DNA from: Longimicrobiales bacterium
GTDB taxonomy: Bacteria; Gemmatimonadota; Gemmatimonadetes; Longimicrobiales; Gaopeijiaceae
DNA length: 64,000 nt
Direction of reading: 5' to 3'
Assembly: GCA_041690395.1 (NCBI GenBank)
Contig: JAWLHJ010000004.1
Span: forward strand, 401,365-465,364
The notes below the pieces were generated by a model, which was not told the origin of the DNA, made no database searches, and saw only the letters and a list, made by a program, of their open reading frames with translations. Numbering within the stretch: position 1 is the stretch's first letter; each line of letters starts with the position of its first letter. A program made the translations under genes and the position numbers. Below are positions 47,055 through 56,849 of the stretch, piece by piece.

Positions 47055-48782
47055 CTACCGTTTCATCAGGACGCCCGCCACGTCCGGAAGCTCACGCAGC
47101 CGGTGCACGGGAAGCGGATCCCCGACGCTCATCTCCGCATCGTACCGGCCTTCGCTCGCGAACGAGTCGATATCCTCCGGCTCGAGCAGCGCGAACGCGA
47201 GTCCCGCCATGGGCTGGCTCGCCCGGACGAGGTACCCGCCACGCGGGAACACCGCGCTCCGCTCTTCCAGGCTCGTCCAGACCGACCGCTCGTAGTACCC
47301 CTCGGCGGGTGACGACGCGACCTGGACCGAGTCGACGACGAAGCTCTCGACCGTGGTCCGAACCAGCCCGTCCACGCGCTCCACCTGGAGCCCGTGGCGC
47401 ACCAACTCTTCCGCGAGGTCTCCGCGGTGCGCTTCCAGGAAGTAGCCGACCGGACGGGGACGGACGACGACGCCCGAGATCCGGTTCCGGAACGGCACCT
47501 CGAGCTCCAGCACCGTTCCAGTGGGCTCGTATCCTCCGTCCGGCGCACGGCGCATCTCGGGCGTGCGGTACGCGACGGGATCGCCGGGCAACAGCTCGGC
47601 CCGGACGACGATCGTGTCCGCCGCATCGTATACGCTCCCCAGCCGCTCGTTCTCCGCGCGACCCTCCGCCACGGCGGCCATGACCTGTCCTCCGTTTTCG
47701 ACGGCCCAGCGCGAGACGCCTTCCATGGCGAGATAGTGCCAGAGCGCGCGCTCCTCGATGCGCTGCGTCGGGTCCGCGTCCCGGCGACTCTCGAACAGCA
47801 GGCTGATGGCTCCGCGCACGCCCCCATAGCTCCGGAGGATCCTGACTCCGTATCCCGCGGCGAAGATGCCGACCTCGGGAATCGTGGTCGGATCGGAGGG
47901 GAGCAGATGATACGGGAAGTATCCGAAGCCCCCTCCCTCGATCGCCTGGCGCACCGCGTCTGTCGCCGGGCCCGCGGCCAGCTCGCGCACGGAGCGCGGC
48001 GTCGACAGGTGGCTCGGATGCAGCGCGTAGAAGTCGTAGGCGTGCGGCCCCGTCAGCTCGTGCGCGTCGACGGCGACGTGCGGACGCCACGGCACGAGAA
48101 TCTCCTCGACCACGGCACGCGTCTCGGGATTCACGAGGCGGGCGTAGTCACGGTTCACGTTGTAGCCGGCCGGGTTCGTGCGAGTGCCGCTCTCGCCGGC
48201 CTCGCCGGCATCCGGATTGATCTGCGGCACGAACACGAAGACGCCGTCGTTCAACAGGTCACGGGCGTTGCCGAGCGCCAGCTCTCGGGCGAACAGCATC
48301 AGGCCTTCCTTCCCCGCCGGCTCGTTCCCGTGCACGGAGGCCCCGATGAAGACGATCGGCTTGCCGGAAGCGTGCGCCTCCCACGGCTCGGCCACCGCCG
48401 GGTGGGACAGCGTCACCCCGAGCATGGGCCGCCCCTCGCGGGTCCGCCCGATCTCGCTCACCCGGACGTCGTCCGAGTGGCGCGCCAGATTCTCGTAGAA
48501 CTGGACCACCTCGTCGGCCGGCGTCAGCTCGGAGAAATCCGTGCGCTCCGCGTGCGTGCGGAGCTCGGTGGGGAAGTCGGACGGTGGGCTGAGCGGAGCC
48601 TGGCCGGACGCCGCAAGCGGGCCGATGGCGGCCACGAGCATCGCGACCGCGGCGAGTCCGAGCGTGGACGGACCCGACCGAGCGGGGCGCGAGGACGAAC
48701 GAGCCGAACAGGATGGGAGCACGGCGGGCTTCTCCGGTGCGATGGAACGGGTTGGACCGCTCACGCTAATCCGACGCCGCAT
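47055..48782 (-). CDS. M14 family zinc carboxypeptidase
   Basis: 'VHGNE', 'NPD', 'NVNRD', 'DAHE'; start uncertain. Confidence 0.85.
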   Translation of the reverse strand: MRRRISVSGPTRSIAPEKPAVLPSCSARSSSRPARSGPSTLGLAAVAMLVAAIGPLAASGQAPLSPPSDFPTELRTHAERTDFSELTPADEVVQFYENLARHSDDVRVSEIGRTREGRPMLGVTLSHPAVAEPWEAHASGKPIVFIGASVHGNEPAGKEGLMLFARELALGNARDLLNDGVFVFVPQINPDAGEAGESGTRTNPAGYNVNRDYARLVNPETRAVVEEILVPWRPHVAVDAHELTGPHAYDFYALHPSHLSTPRSVRELAAGPATDAVRQAIEGGGFGYFPYHLLPSDPTTIPEVGIFAAGYGVRILRSYGGVRGAISLLFESRRDADPTQRIEERALWHYLAMEGVSRWAVENGGQVMAAVAEGRAENERLGSVYDAADTIVVRAELLPGDPVAYRTPEMRRAPDGGYEPTGTVLELEVPFRNRISGVVVRPRPVGYFLEAHRGDLAEELVRHGLQVERVDGLVRTTVESFVVDSVQVASSPAEGYYERSVWTSLEERSAVFPRGGYLVRASQPMAGLAFALLEPEDIDSFASEGRYDAEMSVGDPLPVHRLRELPDVAGVLMKR

Positions 48783-48847
48783 CCCACGCAAAGGAGCCGG
48801 GGCCGGCCATGCCCACGCACTGGAGCCCGGGCGACCCGACAGATCCT

Positions 48848-49222
48848 CTAGATTCGCTCGGGCGCCTCGACCGTCCGCTCGTTCCGCCGGTCCCCCGTGT
48901 TCAGCGTGCTCGCCGGCTCCAGCAGGAGCACGTGCGCCTCCTCGTGCGCCACGGGCTTGTGCTCGACGCCCCTCGGCACGATCAGGAAGTCCCCTTGGGA
49001 CAGATGCTCGACGCGGTCCCGGAAATGGATCTCCAGGCTGCCCCGGATCACCAGGAAGAGTTCGTCCTCCTCCTCGTGACGGTGCCAGACGAACGGCCCG
49101 AGGAGCTTCACGAGCTTCACGTGCTGGCCGTTGAGCTCGCCCACGATCTTCGGGCTCCAGTGTTCGTCGAAGAGCGCCAGCTTGTCGGCGAGACGGACCA
49201 CGGGGGGTACCTCGGGTGTCAC
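48848..49222 (-). CDS. Cupin domain protein
   Basis: 'WSPKIV', 'FVWHRH..EDELF', 'VPRGVEHKP'. Confidence 0.92.
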   Translation of the reverse strand: MTPEVPPVVRLADKLALFDEHWSPKIVGELNGQHVKLVKLLGPFVWHRHEEEDELFLVIRGSLEIHFRDRVEHLSQGDFLIVPRGVEHKPVAHEEAHVLLLEPASTLNTGDRRNERTVEAPERI

Positions 49223-51417
49223 CGTCGCTCGGGTCCCGCCGGCGAGCCGGACCCGACCACCCCCGGCCCGCCCACGCCCGGCCGACCGTCGCCGTTCGAC
49301 GTGGCCTCCGACCCGTCGGGCGACGACACGCCGATGCGCACGCCGCTCCTACGCAGCACGGCGCGGATACGTGACTGCAGGCGATCCACGGCCACCGGCT
49401 TGAGCATGTAGTCGTCGGCGCCTTGATCGAGCAGCTCGATCTCGCGGCGGGGATCGGGCGAGCTCGTGAGCACAAGCACCGGGAGGTACTGGGTCTCGAT
49501 CGACTTCCGGATACGCTGGAGGACCTCGAGACCGTCGATGCCCGGGAGCATCAGGTCGAGCAGGACCATGGAGTAGCCGCCGCCGTCCTTCGCGAGGAGC
49601 TCCATGGCGTGCTCCCCGTCCACGGCCTCGACGACGTCGAAGCCGAGGTCCCGGGCAATGGATCCGATCAGGAGACGGTCCTGTGCCTCGTCCTCGACGA
49701 GCAGGACCGGTCCTGCCGAGCGAGGGCTCTCCTCCCGCGGCGGCACGATGCCGAGCACACGCTCGACCTCCTCCACCGTGGTCTCACCCCGGGCCACCCG
49801 ATCGAGCGCCACCTCCGCGAGTCCTCGAACGCCCTCCATATGAGCCGCGAGCTCGAAGTCCGCGTCGTCGCACCCCTCGGCGAGCAGCGACCGGAGCGCG
49901 GGTGTCAGGTTGAGCACTTCGGCCACGGGCAGCTGTCCGAAGTAGCCCGTTCCCGCGCATGCCTTGCAGCCGACTACCCGCTTCGGCGGCAGCACGCCGA
50001 GGATCTCCGCCAGCTTGCGCTCCCTGCCGGGCAGGTCTTCGGGTCCCGCGACGTCGCGCGCGCACTGGGGACAGAGGCGTCGGACCAGGCGGAGCGAGAT
50101 CACCGCGTGCAGCGATTCCGCTAGGCGCCCCGGGGCGAGCCCGAGGTCGATCAGGCGCCGCACGCCCGAGACCGTGTCGGGGGTATGCGCGGTGGCGAGC
50201 ACTTTGCGGCCGGTCACCGCCGTTCGTAGCGCGATGCGCGCGGTCGCGAGATCGCGGATCTCACCGGCATGCACGACGTCCGGATCCTGGTCGAGAAGCT
50301 GCTGCAACGTCTCCGCGAACGACTTTCCGGTCGAAGCATCGTACCGCACCTGCGTGACCCCGGGGATGTGCAGCTCCACGCGTCCCTCGAGGGAAACCAC
50401 GCTCTGCTTGTTCAACGCGTACATGCTCGCGTAGACGAAGCTCGTCGTGCCCGAGCGCGCCGGGCCGGTCACCAGAACCAGTCCTTCGTTGCGTCCGAGG
50501 ATGCGACGGATCTGCTGTCCCTCCGGGCCGTCGAAGCCGAGGGCGTCGAGTGTCGGAAGCTCGTCGGGCGCGACGAGCCGGACCGAAACGAGCTCGCCGT
50601 CCGGCGTCGGGGTCGTGAGCAGGTGGGCCCTTCGTTCCAGCGACGGGCCCCCGCGAACCGGGAAGCCCTCCTCGGACACGCCGACGTTGCCCTCCGCCAT
50701 GTACCGTAGCCGCGCCACGAGGCGCTCGTGCGCGGTGGCGGGCAGCGCCACGACGTGCTGGAGAACACCATCGATGCGGTAGCGTACCCGCCCCTTGTCG
50801 CGCCCCGGCTCGATGTGGATCTCCGTGGCGCGGTAGCGCACACCCTGCTGGAGGATGACGTCGGCCAGGCGAACGACGGCGGGGTCCTCGAGCTCGAAGG
50901 TCGTGAACATCCCGCGGCCATCGGACGTGACGACCTGGAAGTCGCTCTCCGCGACCTCGGCGACGAGCTTCTCGAGCGTGTTCCCCGGGGCCTGACGCGC
51001 CTGGTACGCCCGGTCGAGGGCCTCGCCGATCGCGGTCGGGCTCGCCATGAGCAGGACCGGCTCCCTGCCGGTATGCTCCACGATGGCCCGGTGCGCCGAG
51101 CGGTTCGAGGGGTCGAAGGTCGCCACCACGACGTTCCGTTCCGTGAGCGCCACGCCCAGGATGCCGTACCGACGGGCCACGTGCTCCGGAATCAGCCGAA
51201 CCGCCTGGGCGTCCCGCTGCGTGACGTCCGCGACCCCGATGCGGAAGTGGCCGGCCACGCGGCGGGTGAACTCCGCATCCGTCGTGTTGCACGCGGTGAC
51301 CACCCGGCTCCACGCGGCCTTCAAGGTCGGCAGGTCGGGCCGCAACGGCAGATCGAGGTCGAGGCCGGCGTGGCCGGCGACGTCCTTCAGCCAATGGGAT
51401 GGAGTGGTGGGTTGCAT
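49219..51417 (-). CDS. GspE/PilB-like ATPase (degenerate) with C-terminal receiver domain
   Basis: 'IHIEP..RVRYRIDG', 'GEIRD', tetra-Cys (CPQC/CKAC); Walker A reads GPARSGTT; REC 'LLVED..LLDLMLP..DDYMLKP'. Confidence 0.85.
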   Translation of the reverse strand: MQPTTPSHWLKDVAGHAGLDLDLPLRPDLPTLKAAWSRVVTACNTTDAEFTRRVAGHFRIGVADVTQRDAQAVRLIPEHVARRYGILGVALTERNVVVATFDPSNRSAHRAIVEHTGREPVLLMASPTAIGEALDRAYQARQAPGNTLEKLVAEVAESDFQVVTSDGRGMFTTFELEDPAVVRLADVILQQGVRYRATEIHIEPGRDKGRVRYRIDGVLQHVVALPATAHERLVARLRYMAEGNVGVSEEGFPVRGGPSLERRAHLLTTPTPDGELVSVRLVAPDELPTLDALGFDGPEGQQIRRILGRNEGLVLVTGPARSGTTSFVYASMYALNKQSVVSLEGRVELHIPGVTQVRYDASTGKSFAETLQQLLDQDPDVVHAGEIRDLATARIALRTAVTGRKVLATAHTPDTVSGVRRLIDLGLAPGRLAESLHAVISLRLVRRLCPQCARDVAGPEDLPGRERKLAEILGVLPPKRVVGCKACAGTGYFGQLPVAEVLNLTPALRSLLAEGCDDADFELAAHMEGVRGLAEVALDRVARGETTVEEVERVLGIVPPREESPRSAGPVLLVEDEAQDRLLIGSIARDLGFDVVEAVDGEHAMELLAKDGGGYSMVLLDLMLPGIDGLEVLQRIRKSIETQYLPVLVLTSSPDPRREIELLDQGADDYMLKPVAVDRLQSRIRAVLRRSGVRIGVSSPDGSEATSNGDGRPGVGGPGVVGSGSPAGPERR

Positions 51418-51500
51418 GGCCCAAGATATCGCAAGAATCCGGCCACCGGCACCATCATCCGGTCTGGCGCACGGCGCTCGGATTTGGCTACCCTCCTGGG

Positions 51501-53747
51501 ATGTCCACCAAATTCCGCATACCCTGGCTCAGCGCCGCGTGCGCCTGCTCGCTGCTGATCGCCGCGCCGGCGGCGGCCCAGCAGGAAGACCCCGCGAGGC
51601 AGATCGTGCCCGGCGCGCCGATCTCGGATCTCGACCGCGCTCCGCGCCCGGCGGCCGTCGCCGCGCGCGCGCCCGGGTCCATCGACATCGACGGCGTGCT
51701 CGACGACGCGGCCTGGGCCGCGGCACCGGTCATCGACCGCTTCATCCAGCAGAAGCCCGATCCGGGCCTGCCGGCGACCGAGCGGACCGAGGTCCGGATC
51801 CTCTACGACGACGAGCACCTCTACATCGGCGCGGAGATGTACGACTCGAACCCGTCGTCGCTCGTGATCCCCACGTTGCAGCGCGATCCCAACACCCGGG
51901 ACGGCGACGCGTTCGGCTTCACGCTCGACACCTTCCTCGACGGCCAGAACTCGTTCGCCTACTTCGTGAACCCGGGCGGTGCCGTCCGCGACTCACAGAC
52001 GTCCGACGACGGGCGCATCAGCAACGCCGCCTGGGAGTCCGCGCACGACCTCCGGACCCGCATCCACGACCGGGGATGGACGCTCGAGATGGCGATCCCC
52101 TGGTCCACCCTCCGCTTCGACGGCAGCCGGGACGCGCAGGTGTGGGGGCTCAACCTCCTCCGCCGGATCCGCAGCAAGAACGAAGACGCCACGTGGGCGC
52201 CGATGGACCGTCGCTGGCAGCTCTACGTGATGTCGCGCGCCGGCACGCTCACCGGGCTGGACGGCATCCGGCCGGGCCGCAACCTGTCGGTCAAGCCGTT
52301 CGTGGTCGGGAGCCGCCCGTCGGGGTCGCTGCAGGCGGGGGCCGATCCCGAGTTCGACGCGGGCGGCGACCTGAAGCTCGGACTCACCCCGGGGCTCACG
52401 CTCGACCTGACGGTGAACACCGACTTCAGCCAGGTCGAGGTGGACCAGCAGCAGGTCAACCTCACACGCTTCTCGCTGTTCTTCCCCGAGAAGCGCGAGT
52501 TCTTCCTCGAGAACGCGGGCATCTTCCAGTTCGGCGACCAGGGGCAGTATTCACAGCGGAACGGCGCCACGGACCGCGACTTCACGCTCTTCCACTCCCG
52601 CCGTATCGGTCTCACGCCGAGCGGGGCGCCGCTGCCGATCCTCGGCGGGGGACGCGTGAGCGGCACGGCGGGCCCGGTCACCGTGGGCATCCTCAATATG
52701 CAGACCCGCGCGGAGGACGCGTTCGCGGCCGAGAACTTCAGCGTCGCCCGCGTCCGCGGCGAGCCGCTCCCGGGCCTCACCACCGGTGGCATCTTCGTGA
52801 ACAGAACCGCCACCTCGGGATCTCCGGCGGAAAGCCGCTCCTGGGGCGTCGACATGAACCTCGAGGCGCTCGGCAACTATTTCCTGGTGCAGTCCTACCT
52901 CGCCGGGACGAGCGGGACCGCCGCGGACGGCTCACCCCTCGAGTCGGGGATGGCGGGTCGGATCTCGGCGGCCTGGCGTGATCCCTTCTGGGAGATCGAA
53001 ACGCTGTACCGGCACTTCGACGACGACTTCGACCCGGGCGTCGGCTTCGTGCGCAGGAGAGGCGTGCGGCACGGGTACGGGACCATCGGCGTGCAGCCGC
53101 GCGTGGAGTGGGGCCCGGTCCAGCAGCTCAACCCCTACGTCGAGGCCCATTACTTCTCGAATCTGGATGGCGTGCTGGAGACCCGCGAGTTGAGCGCGGG
53201 CCTCGACACGGACTTCACCGACGGCGCGACGGCGAGTGTCAGCGTCACCGACCGCTTCGAACGGGTTCCGATGGCGTTCACCGTCCGGGGCGCGACCGTG
53301 GCGCCCGGGAGCTACGCTTTCTCCGAAGCCAGGGCATCGTACACCGCCAGCCGTGCGCGGCCGCTGTCTGGACAGCTCAGGGTGGGTGGCGGCGGCTACT
53401 TCGGGGGCGACATCCGCTCGGTCGGCGCGAGCGTGCTGGGCCGTCTCGGCTACCGGGCCCTGCTCGACCTGAGCGTGGAGCACAACCGCATCGACCTACC
53501 CGCGCAGGCACCCGTGACGGCCGACATCTACGGGGCGAAGCTCGACGTCTTCTTTTCGCCGCGGCTCCTCACGAGCGCCTTCGTCCAGTACAACGAGGCG
53601 ACGGACGAGGTGATCACCAACGCCCGGCTGAACTGGATCCACGCGCCGCTGTCGGATCTCTACCTGGTGCTCACCGAGCGTCGGCGTGGGGGCGACGTGC
53701 TGGAGCGGCTGCTCAGCCTGAAGGTGACGAAGCTGATCTCGTTCTGA
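51501..53747 (+). CDS. CBM9-like / DUF5916 outer-membrane protein
   Basis: 'IDGVLDD.AW', 'TVNTDFSQVE.D', 'FFPEKREFFLEN', 'FHSRRIG'. Confidence 0.88.
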   Translation: MSTKFRIPWLSAACACSLLIAAPAAAQQEDPARQIVPGAPISDLDRAPRPAAVAARAPGSIDIDGVLDDAAWAAAPVIDRFIQQKPDPGLPATERTEVRILYDDEHLYIGAEMYDSNPSSLVIPTLQRDPNTRDGDAFGFTLDTFLDGQNSFAYFVNPGGAVRDSQTSDDGRISNAAWESAHDLRTRIHDRGWTLEMAIPWSTLRFDGSRDAQVWGLNLLRRIRSKNEDATWAPMDRRWQLYVMSRAGTLTGLDGIRPGRNLSVKPFVVGSRPSGSLQAGADPEFDAGGDLKLGLTPGLTLDLTVNTDFSQVEVDQQQVNLTRFSLFFPEKREFFLENAGIFQFGDQGQYSQRNGATDRDFTLFHSRRIGLTPSGAPLPILGGGRVSGTAGPVTVGILNMQTRAEDAFAAENFSVARVRGEPLPGLTTGGIFVNRTATSGSPAESRSWGVDMNLEALGNYFLVQSYLAGTSGTAADGSPLESGMAGRISAAWRDPFWEIETLYRHFDDDFDPGVGFVRRRGVRHGYGTIGVQPRVEWGPVQQLNPYVEAHYFSNLDGVLETRELSAGLDTDFTDGATASVSVTDRFERVPMAFTVRGATVAPGSYAFSEARASYTASRARPLSGQLRVGGGGYFGGDIRSVGASVLGRLGYRALLDLSVEHNRIDLPAQAPVTADIYGAKLDVFFSPRLLTSAFVQYNEATDEVITNARLNWIHAPLSDLYLVLTERRRGGDVLERLLSLKVTKLISF

Positions 53748-53804
53748 GGTCACCGGCCCCCGTCTGGCTACCGGCGGGGCTGGGCGGGCGGCGACGCCTC
53801 CAGC

Positions 53805-53960
53805 GACTGACTGGATCCAACGGAGCACCCGTCGCTCGTAGGCACGGTACGCGTCGTCGAACTTCCGCTCCAGATACGCTTCTTCGGGCAGGATCGCGAA
53901 ACGCAGCAAGCGCCCAGGCGGCCAGAGGCGTCAGCAGGAGGATTCCCGGGACGAGGCTTC
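53805..53960 (-). pseudogene. Frameshifted C-terminal fragment of an isoprenylcysteine carboxyl-methyltransferase (ICMT/PEMT) family gene
   Basis: 'LRFAILPEEAYLERKFDDAYRAYERRVLRWI', preceded in another frame by hydrophobic 'GILLLTPLAAWA'; no N-terminal part is seen. Confidence 0.55.
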
Positions 53961-54403
53961 CCTCAGGCGTCGCAAACGTGACTTGGTCGCCGCCGCTGGA
54001 GCGGCGGCGTCATTGTTTCGCCATATGAGGCGGCCGACATGACACGCGGGAAGAAGGCGCGATCGCGCGCGGCAGGTTCCTGCCACATCTGGCGGCCAAC
54101 GTCCCACGCTGCCCCGTACCATGCCCGCCGTGGCGGATTGCCGCCACGCCTCACCGGCCCGCACCCGCGTTCGCGGCCGGCGCTGTGCGGCTCCATCCCG
54201 GCACCAACGCGAAGCACGCCCCCACCGGCTCTCCCACCGCAGCATACGCCACCTTTCCGCGTCGGACCCCTCCCTGGTGGAGGTGAGGACGCGGGCGCTT
54301 CGTAGGCGGCCTCGACCCGGTTGAACGGCTGGGGCTCACCGAGCCTTCCTGACTCGACGAAGGATATCTCCGACTAAACGGGACCCTCGGCGTTCACACC
54401 GTC

Positions 54404-54949
54404 TTAGGGCACCTCACGGTCGTCGCTCACCTCCTCCGGGAGCATCAGGCCTTCCAGGAAGTACGCCGCGAGCTCGGCACGCCCGGCCAGCCCCGACTTC
54501 TGGTAGACCGCACTCGCGTGTTGTCGGGCAGTCTGCGCGTTCCGCCCCGTCGAGCGAGCGATCGCCTTGTGACTGTGCCCCTTGAGCAAGAGGACGGCGA
54601 CCTCCCTCTCGGCTTTCGTGAGGCCCCAGGCGACCAGCTGCTCCTGAACGGCCTCACCGAGACCCTCGAGCGCGAGCCGCGCCCGATTCCGCCACGCGTC
54701 CCTCTCGGCGTCCCGGGTGGTCAAGCTCTCCTGGAGCTGGCCCGCGCGCCGCTCCGCGCGCCACCACCCCATCCAGAGCGCGGTCGCCAACACGACCCCG
54801 AAGACGATCATCGAGAGCTCGAAGATCACGTGGAACGAGAGCCAGCTCGTCGGACGGTCCAGGACGAGATCGATCGTGCCCCCCACCACGAGGAGGGTGA
54901 GGGCGGTGCCCAGCAGAATCTGGAAGCGTTTGGCCTGCTCGGGGTCCAT
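54404..54949 (-). CDS. Membrane-anchored LuxR-type HTH regulator
   Basis: Two TM helices, then 'WGLTKAEREVAVLLLKG.SHKAIA..T.RQH...VYQKSG'. Confidence 0.88.
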   Translation of the reverse strand: MDPEQAKRFQILLGTALTLLVVGGTIDLVLDRPTSWLSFHVIFELSMIVFGVVLATALWMGWWRAERRAGQLQESLTTRDAERDAWRNRARLALEGLGEAVQEQLVAWGLTKAEREVAVLLLKGHSHKAIARSTGRNAQTARQHASAVYQKSGLAGRAELAAYFLEGLMLPEEVSDDREVP

Positions 54950-55068
54950 GGCGCGGCATCCTACATGTGTTGAATGTCGAGGAAGTGTAAGGGTTTTCAC
55001 ACGGATGTGGGATACGCCTCCGCCTGGGGACGCGGCAACTTCGACTCGTCTTCAACAAGGAGGTCCAC

Positions 55069-55608
55069 ATGTTGCCCGAGCCCCTTCACCCCGCCGTCGT
55101 GCATTTCCCCATCGTGCTTGCGGTTCTACTGCCACTCGTCGTCGTGGGAGCCTTGGTCGCGATCCGGATGGGATCACCGCTTCGCCGCACCTGGCTCATT
55201 CCCGTCGGCCTGGCGCTCGCACTGACGGCCTCGGCGTGGGCTTCCGTCGAAACCGGCGAGGCGCAGGAAGATCGGGTCGAGCGCGTCGTGGCCGAGTCGG
55301 CCATGCACACCCACGAAGAACGGGCCGAGCGCTTCTTCGTGCTGTCCGGGGCGCTCTTCGCGGTTATCGCGGGCGGCATGCTCGGCGGCACCCTCGGCTC
55401 CGCTTCACGGTTGGTGGGGTCCGTAGGCGCGGTCCTCTTTCTCCTGCCGACCTTCCAGGTGGGCGCCAGCGGCGGCGAGTTGGTCTACGAGCACGGAGCC
55501 GCCTCCGCCTACGTGACCGGTGGCTCGGCCGACGCCTCGGCCGGCAATGACGCCCGCGAGAATCCGGACGGGGACGAAGATCCCGACGACGGCCGGCGGG
55601 AGCGCTGA
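55069..55608 (+). CDS. DUF2231-like membrane protein
   Basis: 'PLHPAVVHFPI', 'HEE', 'GGELVY.HG'; AGGAGG RBS. Confidence 0.8.
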   Translation: MLPEPLHPAVVHFPIVLAVLLPLVVVGALVAIRMGSPLRRTWLIPVGLALALTASAWASVETGEAQEDRVERVVAESAMHTHEERAERFFVLSGALFAVIAGGMLGGTLGSASRLVGSVGAVLFLLPTFQVGASGGELVYEHGAASAYVTGGSADASAGNDARENPDGDEDPDDGRRER

Positions 55609-55610
55609 TC

Positions 55611-56849
55611 ATGATCTCGTTCCTCGCCTGGATGTTCCTCGGCCCCGTGCCGGACACGGTGGTCGTATCCGCCGCGGAGGCCCTTCGGATGGCCATGGAG
55701 AGGAGCCCCGCCCTCGAGGCGGCACGCACCCGAACGATGGCCTCCGAGTCTCGAGTCCGGGAGGCGGGCCTTCTGCCCAACCCCACGCTCAACGTGGCGG
55801 GTGAGAACCTCGGAGCCGCCGTGGAGACCACGGGACGCCCGGCGTGGGAAGGCATCGAGGGGCAGATCCTCATCGGCCTGCCCGTTTCCGTCGGCGGGGA
55901 CCGTGGCGCGGCGGTCCGTCGCGCCGAAGCGGTGGCGGACGAGACGCTCGCGCTGGAACGGATGACGGCCCTGGATACGGGCGTCGAGGCGGTGGATGCC
56001 ATGTCGAGGCTGATCCACGACCGCGCCCTGGTCGGCCACGCAAGCGCGGACGCCGCGGGCATCCAACAGATGGCCGACCAGGTGCGGATGCAGGCCGACA
56101 TGGGACGGGCCTCGGACGGGGAAGCCGCGAGGCTTCGATTGGCCAGCGCCTCGGCCTGGTCCCGCCTGGCGGAGGCTCGAGCCGACGAAGCGAGGTCGGC
56201 CGCCCATCTGGCTTTCCTGACCGGGTTGGCTCCCGCGGTCGTCGTCGAGCTCCCGTCCTGCACGTGGGAGCCACCGGTGCCGTCGGCCGAGCCCGCCGAT
56301 CTGCAGGCCCTCGGCGCCCGGGTGAACAGCTGGGAGGCCGCGGCCGATGAGATGCGGGCCGCGGCGATTCCGGACCTCGTGCCCCAGCTGGGATGGCGTC
56401 GCTCCGCGGGCTTCGATGCCCTGTACGTCGGCGTGGCGATGGAGCTCCCGGTCTTCGACCGGAACCAGGGCGCACGCGACGCCGCCATGCGCGAAGCGAC
56501 CGCCGCCAGCATCGAACAGACCCGTCTCGCGACCCTGCTGCAATCGGATCGGGCCGCGGCTCGGCGGGCGCTGGACGCGCTCGAAGAGGCGGGATCGCGC
56601 TTCGACCAGGGCTGGGCCGACGCGCTCGCGCGTGCCGTCGAGTCGGCGGAAGCCCGGTACGCGCTGGGGGAAGGCACGTTGACCGAGCTCCTGGACAGCC
56701 GCCGGGCCCGGTTGGATGCGCTCGCCGATTTCGAAGGCTGGCGCATGTCGATGTTCGGCTGGAGAGCACGCCTCGTGCGTCGATCCGGCGTGGAGGCCAC
56801 CGACCTGATCCTCTGCAATCCATCACCTGACCTGGAGACGTCCAGATGA
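55611..56849 (+). CDS. TolC/CzcC family outer-membrane efflux protein
   Basis: 'LPNPTL', 'LPVFDRNQG', 'Y.LGEG.LTELLD'. Confidence 0.85.
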   Translation: MISFLAWMFLGPVPDTVVVSAAEALRMAMERSPALEAARTRTMASESRVREAGLLPNPTLNVAGENLGAAVETTGRPAWEGIEGQILIGLPVSVGGDRGAAVRRAEAVADETLALERMTALDTGVEAVDAMSRLIHDRALVGHASADAAGIQQMADQVRMQADMGRASDGEAARLRLASASAWSRLAEARADEARSAAHLAFLTGLAPAVVVELPSCTWEPPVPSAEPADLQALGARVNSWEAAADEMRAAAIPDLVPQLGWRRSAGFDALYVGVAMELPVFDRNQGARDAAMREATAASIEQTRLATLLQSDRAAARRALDALEEAGSRFDQGWADALARAVESAEARYALGEGTLTELLDSRRARLDALADFEGWRMSMFGWRARLVRRSGVEATDLILCNPSPDLETSR

